A stretch of DNA of 64,000 bases from a virus (taxonomy: Duplodnaviria > Caudoviricetes), in IMG/VR virus record IMGVR_UViG_3300031992_000038, positions 32,001 to 96,000 of that record, one strand, 5' to 3'. The stretch's first letter is position 1. Each line of letters begins with the position of its first letter. A program made the translations under genes and the position numbers. This document shows, piece after piece, positions 60,365-64,000 of this stretch. The notes beneath the pieces were generated by a model. It did no database searches. It worked only from the letters and a program-made list of their open reading frames with translations, and was not told the DNA's origin.

Positions 60365-60823
60365 ATGATTAATATGGATTATTGCAAATTTGAAAACACC
60401 TACAATGCCATTGATGAGTGTCTGACGGCACTCCAAGAGCAGAAAGAGGTGCGCGAGGGCGAACTCGAATATGCCCACAAGATTGCCGACCAACTCGACA
60501 CATTCAAGGGCGAGTTGGAGCGTTACGAATCAGTTATGCGCAAGGGAGGGTACCGTTACATATCGGCCGACCCGCATGGGTTTGTTGAGTTGTCAATGAA
60601 CCGAGAAATGGCCACTACGGCCTATCATTTCGGTCAGTGTGACGAAGACGCAATGGCGGTGGCTCAGGAACCCTACATGCAAGGTCAGTTTGCCCAAGTG
60701 AACGATGAACGCCTCAAGAACTCGCTTGAATCGTGCGGAATATCAACCGAGGGAACGAGGGAAGAGTTAGAGACACGATGCGTGTTCATGGCCGCAGGAA
60801 TGTGGTGCGATGAATATCTATAA
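60365..60823 (+). CDS. cassette gene, hypothetical
   Basis: NMDYCKFENT. Confidence 0.7.
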   Translation: MINMDYCKFENTYNAIDECLTALQEQKEVREGELEYAHKIADQLDTFKGELERYESVMRKGGYRYISADPHGFVELSMNREMATTAYHFGQCDEDAMAVAQEPYMQGQFAQVNDERLKNSLESCGISTEGTREELETRCVFMAAGMWCDEYL

Positions 60824-60835
60824 ATGTGATGCGCT

Positions 60836-61015
60836 ATGTTCTACATTTGGCAAGATGAGATCGAAGACCTTCAGTCGTATATCAGCATGGCACAGAACAT
60901 GATAGAGCGTGAACGCTCTCTGGGGCATGACGTGTCAAACCTGATTGAGGACATCAAGCAGTGGAAACGTGAAATCGTAGTGATACAAGAACACAACAAG
61001 CCCATGTTCTTTTAA
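60836..61015 (+). CDS. 59-aa hypothetical protein (not in ORF track)
   Basis: MFYIWQDEIEDLQ...KPMFF, followed by a terminator. Confidence 0.5.
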   Translation: MFYIWQDEIEDLQSYISMAQNMIERERSLGHDVSNLIEDIKQWKREIVVIQEHNKPMFF

Positions 61016-61284
61016 AAAGGCATTGGGCAACATAGGACGGGCGGGGATTAAGTTTCCCGCCCGTTTCATTTTCTTGTCCGCAAGGGTAAGCCTCCCCGTC
61101 TTGCGACACTGAAAGGTAAGAAAAAATCCACACATGCGCAAGGCTTTTAACACTTTTAACATTTCACATTTCGATATGTTAAAAATGTTAATTTGCTTGG
61201 CCAATCCAAATAAAATGCTTACCTTTCAATCGTCAAGTTAAGGGAATGACACCCCATAAAGTTCAATCCATAAAATGAAATAAT

Positions 61285-61443
61285 ATGGCAGCAATGAAAT
61301 GGTGGAAGGTAGAGGTAAAGCGGTATGGCAAGCCCGTACAGGTGTACGAACTCCACACGCGCAGCACGAAGGGCGCGATTGTCCGCGAGGAATGCCTTAA
61401 GGCTCCGGACGTGGAGTATTACTATTTGACCAAGTTGGATTAA
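61285..61443 (+). CDS. 52-aa cassette gene (not in ORF track)
   Basis: MAAMKWWKVEVKRYG... directly behind an element leader. Confidence 0.55.
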   Translation: MAAMKWWKVEVKRYGKPVQVYELHTRSTKGAIVREECLKAPDVEYYYLTKLD

Positions 61444-61557
61444 CAGATTTTTAACACTAAAAATTTGGCCAATCCAAAAAAATTACTTACCTTTCAATCG
61501 TCAAGTTAAGGGAATTGACACTCCCGCAAAGTTCAACCATCTAAATGTAAAACGACA

Positions 61558-62016
61558 ATGAACGTGTTTAAAATTCAGTACGAACAAATTATCGGTGGCG
61601 ACCTCATGGTACAGAAGGAGGAATTCTATGAGTGTGTCGAGGACGCGGCCGACCGAATGAAGGAACTTTCGGAATGCAAGTGGTTCAAGGACATCAAGTC
61701 CATTCCACAATCTGATTGCGAGATTTCCGCCAACAACAAAGGTCAGATTACTCTGATTGAGGTCTCAAACGGATGGTCCACGAACCGCTTCACCGCATAC
61801 ATGAGCGCGGAGCAGGTCACGCCAAAGAAGAAGCGTCAGTGCGTTGCACTCCACTTCACGGTCTTCATGGACGTTCCAAACGTAGTCGGCGAGACCGATG
61901 ATGAGGCTGAGCGGAACGCGATGGAAATGGTGAAAGATGACATCGATGCCATCCACGAGATTGCGAAAAAGCACGGCGGCGGATGCCTCCTCAAAGTCAC
62001 TGAATTCCACGACTGA
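61558..62016 (+). CDS. cassette gene, hypothetical
   Basis: Behind half element and conserved leader. Confidence 0.7.
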   Translation: MNVFKIQYEQIIGGDLMVQKEEFYECVEDAADRMKELSECKWFKDIKSIPQSDCEISANNKGQITLIEVSNGWSTNRFTAYMSAEQVTPKKKRQCVALHFTVFMDVPNVVGETDDEAERNAMEMVKDDIDAIHEIAKKHGGGCLLKVTEFHD

Positions 62017-62093
62017 GCAGTACTCAAATGAGTACAAATAAACAATAACAAACCACACGGGCGGGGCAACCCGCCCGATAAAAAGACTACGAT

Positions 62094-62375
62094 ATGACAC
62101 AGATTCTATTAATGACAAACGACAACACCAAGCAGACGCTTGCGGCCAATATCCCCAACGGCGAACTCGATTTCTTTGAGCGCCTGTCAACCCTCGGCGG
62201 CTTCCTGAGATTCCACATTTCGGTTTACGGGATCGACACCAACCTCACATACCACGCCGATTACGGCACATTCGTCACCAAGGGCGAGTGCATCGCATGG
62301 CTCAGCAAAAACGTGTTCGGCGGAACACTGACGACCAAATGTTTCAACGACCTCAAAAAGACACTGATGCGATGA
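62094..62375 (+). CDS. hypothetical protein
   Basis: ORF. Confidence 0.6.
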   Translation: MTQILLMTNDNTKQTLAANIPNGELDFFERLSTLGGFLRFHISVYGIDTNLTYHADYGTFVTKGECIAWLSKNVFGGTLTTKCFNDLKKTLMR

Positions 62376-62620
62376 GCAGGCACATACAATACCAATGCAA
62401 CTGCGCCGGCGTGAGCATCGAGGAATGGAACGGCCTGATGAAGGGGGCGAGACCCTGCTCATACAAAAACCTGTGCAGACTTATCAAGCGAGACGAGCCA
62501 GACATGTATGAGGACCTCATGTTGGACTACTACAACCCCTATGCAGACCAATGCAAGCAGACTAAGACACATTACATACTCGTCAGTTCAATGACGGAGT
62601 ATTTCTTCAAGAAGATATAA
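62372..62620 (+). CDS. hypothetical phage protein
   Basis: YYNPY...TKTHYILVSSMTEYFF. Confidence 0.65.
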   Translation: MSRHIQYQCNCAGVSIEEWNGLMKGARPCSYKNLCRLIKRDEPDMYEDLMLDYYNPYADQCKQTKTHYILVSSMTEYFFKKI

Positions 62621-62900
62621 TCGTTTGCGTTTTTAGATGGTGTGTGGCGGAATGGTAACGAATCCATCCGCCACGCTTTTTTCGTCCTCACCGCAAAGGT
62701 AAGCCTCCCCGTGCGGTGGCACTTGAAGGTAAGAAATTTCCGTGAAATGCGCAAGTTAATTAACACTTTTAACATTTCAACTTTTAACAAATTTTTAACA
62801 CAATATATTTGACCATTCCAAATAAAATGCTTACCTTTCAATCGTCAAGTTAATGGGAGTGACACCCCCGAAAGTTCAACCATCTAAAAGCAGAACAACA

Positions 62901-63866
62901 ATGAAAGCAAAACCAAAAGTCGGTGACATCATCTACTATGACGGAAACAAACTGAAGGCCACAAGCAAGAAGAAATGGAGCGCGTCGCTCGGCACACCCG
63001 TGGCGGTGGTGGTTATCCCTGCCTCCCACATGCCTGACGGAAAGTGCAGGGGAATGTCGCTGTGCAACATGTCGTACAAGACACCGCAGACGGGCACGCT
63101 CGGAACGGGCAACGACAACGCTGAGGCCAACGGCACGAATCTGATGTGGGGCGTTCACGGAACGGATGTCTCGGGTCTGACGAACTACGGCAACATCATG
63201 TCCACAAAAGGAATAACAATGCTCGATTTCGGTCTCTTTCCGAGCGACCTGTTCAAGGGCGTGATAACAATGCTCGATTTCGTGAAGAGACCGGGTGTCC
63301 TGTTCGATGGAATGGACACCCAAAACAATGAGGACGACACCGAGACCGCTTGGATGAAGACAAGAGAAGCACGCGCAATCTCCCCCTACGCCTCTGACGG
63401 CTCACAGAACCCAGCGTACATCACCGCGGGTCAGGCCCTCGCCGACATGGACGGCAAGGCGAACACAAAGGTTATTGCCAACCTCTCCGCAATCAAGGAC
63501 ACCTATTCGGGTGGAGCGTTCGAGAACATTGAGGAGAACTACCCCGCAGCGTTCGCTTGCACCCTTTTCAGCACACGCGGAACCTCTCAAGGTGATTGGT
63601 ACCTCCCAGCAATGGGTGAGTTGGGCTATCTGTACACGCGTATCAAGAGAATCAACGAGTCTCTCGCCGCACTCGGCACATCAGCCGTTCAGTTCGGCGA
63701 CCAAACGAAGGACCTCTCTTCTTTGGGCTCTTGGTGTTGGTCTTCGACAAAGTGCTATAGTTACGCATCATACGGACTAACCTACTATGGCGGTTTTTTC
63801 GGCGGCGGTAGGGAACTCAACGAAGATGACTACCGAGTGAGGGCATTCGCTGCATTTGACTTATAA
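62901..63866 (+). CDS. anchor-less paralog of the C-type-lectin-like fibre proteins
   Basis: Near-identical core to 18156..19250 but starts at KPKVGDIIYYDG; behind element 62698. Confidence 0.75.
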   Translation: MKAKPKVGDIIYYDGNKLKATSKKKWSASLGTPVAVVVIPASHMPDGKCRGMSLCNMSYKTPQTGTLGTGNDNAEANGTNLMWGVHGTDVSGLTNYGNIMSTKGITMLDFGLFPSDLFKGVITMLDFVKRPGVLFDGMDTQNNEDDTETAWMKTREARAISPYASDGSQNPAYITAGQALADMDGKANTKVIANLSAIKDTYSGGAFENIEENYPAAFACTLFSTRGTSQGDWYLPAMGELGYLYTRIKRINESLAALGTSAVQFGDQTKDLSSLGSWCWSSTKCYSYASYGLTYYGGFFGGGRELNEDDYRVRAFAAFDL

Positions 63867-64000
63867 TGTGTTCCGCGACCTATTGGGCGAGTGCCACACA
63901 CGGCACCGCCCATTTCATTCGCCCTTGCGCGTGGATAAGCCTCCCCGTCTTGCGACATTGGAAGGTAAGAATTTTTCCTGACATGCGCAAGTTAATTAAC

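Larger units (their letters stand above)
42638..64000. repeat. dispersed ~200-bp intergenic element, 25 core copies
   Basis: Core GGTAAGCCTCCCC-N-GAAGGTAAG on + at 44631, 44879, 45769, 46862, 47494, 48149, 48869, 49697, 51479, 52129, 53500, 54682, 55501, 56197, 57436, 58232, 59144, 60166, 61085, 62698, 63933; inverted at 42741, 43454, 44010, 49985. Confidence 0.95.

Noticed and set aside
43333-62841. Many short ORFs containing LTFxCRKTGRLT or VSLPVLRHLKV
   Set aside because: They are translations of the repeated non-coding element; frames and stops are inconsistent between copies.
42638-64000. Calling the dispersed element a CRISPR array or a bona fide integron
   Set aside because: The intervening sequences are whole genes of variable length, no integrase is in the window, and no attC box pattern was established.
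1-64000. Stop-codon reassignment as in Lak-type phages
   Set aside because: Core genes are full length in the standard code, and TAG and TGA both end genes at sensible positions.
1-64000. tRNA/rRNA genes, cas1/cas2/cas4, reverse transcriptase, transposase
   Set aside because: No recognisable motifs seen by eye; a tRNAscan/HMM search would be needed to exclude them fully.

Overview
Segment of a large T4-like (jumbo/huge) phage genome with a probable Bacteroidota host (repeated TTTG/CTTG-N19-20-TANNTTTG promoters) and the standard genetic code. (1) 1-8.5 kb: small accessory genes, including a domain-shuffled paralog family and a chimeric ORF carrying a major-capsid-protein fragment. (2) 8.7-16.6 kb: a phage-borne immunity cluster with a fused restriction-modification enzyme, a HExxH peptidase, a divergent Cas12a (no cas1/cas2/cas4) and an 11-spacer CRISPR array. 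Spacers 1 and 4 are synonymous codon variants of the same target site. (3) 17-41.8 kb: terminase, portal, a DUF5675 protein, methyltransferases, proteins with a putative capsid-targeting N-terminus (one with an ART/Tpt1-like fold) and fibre-like proteins with a shared N-terminal anchor, two of which have hypervariable C-type-lectin-like C-termini. (4) 41.9-42.3 kb: a G-rich palindromic junction. (5) 42.3-64 kb: about 35 small genes organised as cassettes separated by 25 copies of a ~200-bp element. The element consists of a terminator, a covarying hairpin core, mirror-image back-to-back promoters with fixed-spacing TTAAC boxes, and a conserved leader. One cassette encodes an AcrIII-1/DUF1874 ring nuclease, which suggests a shufflable anti-defence/host-takeover array that may also produce many copies of a small RNA. 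All assignments come from motifs recognised by eye; no database searches were run.
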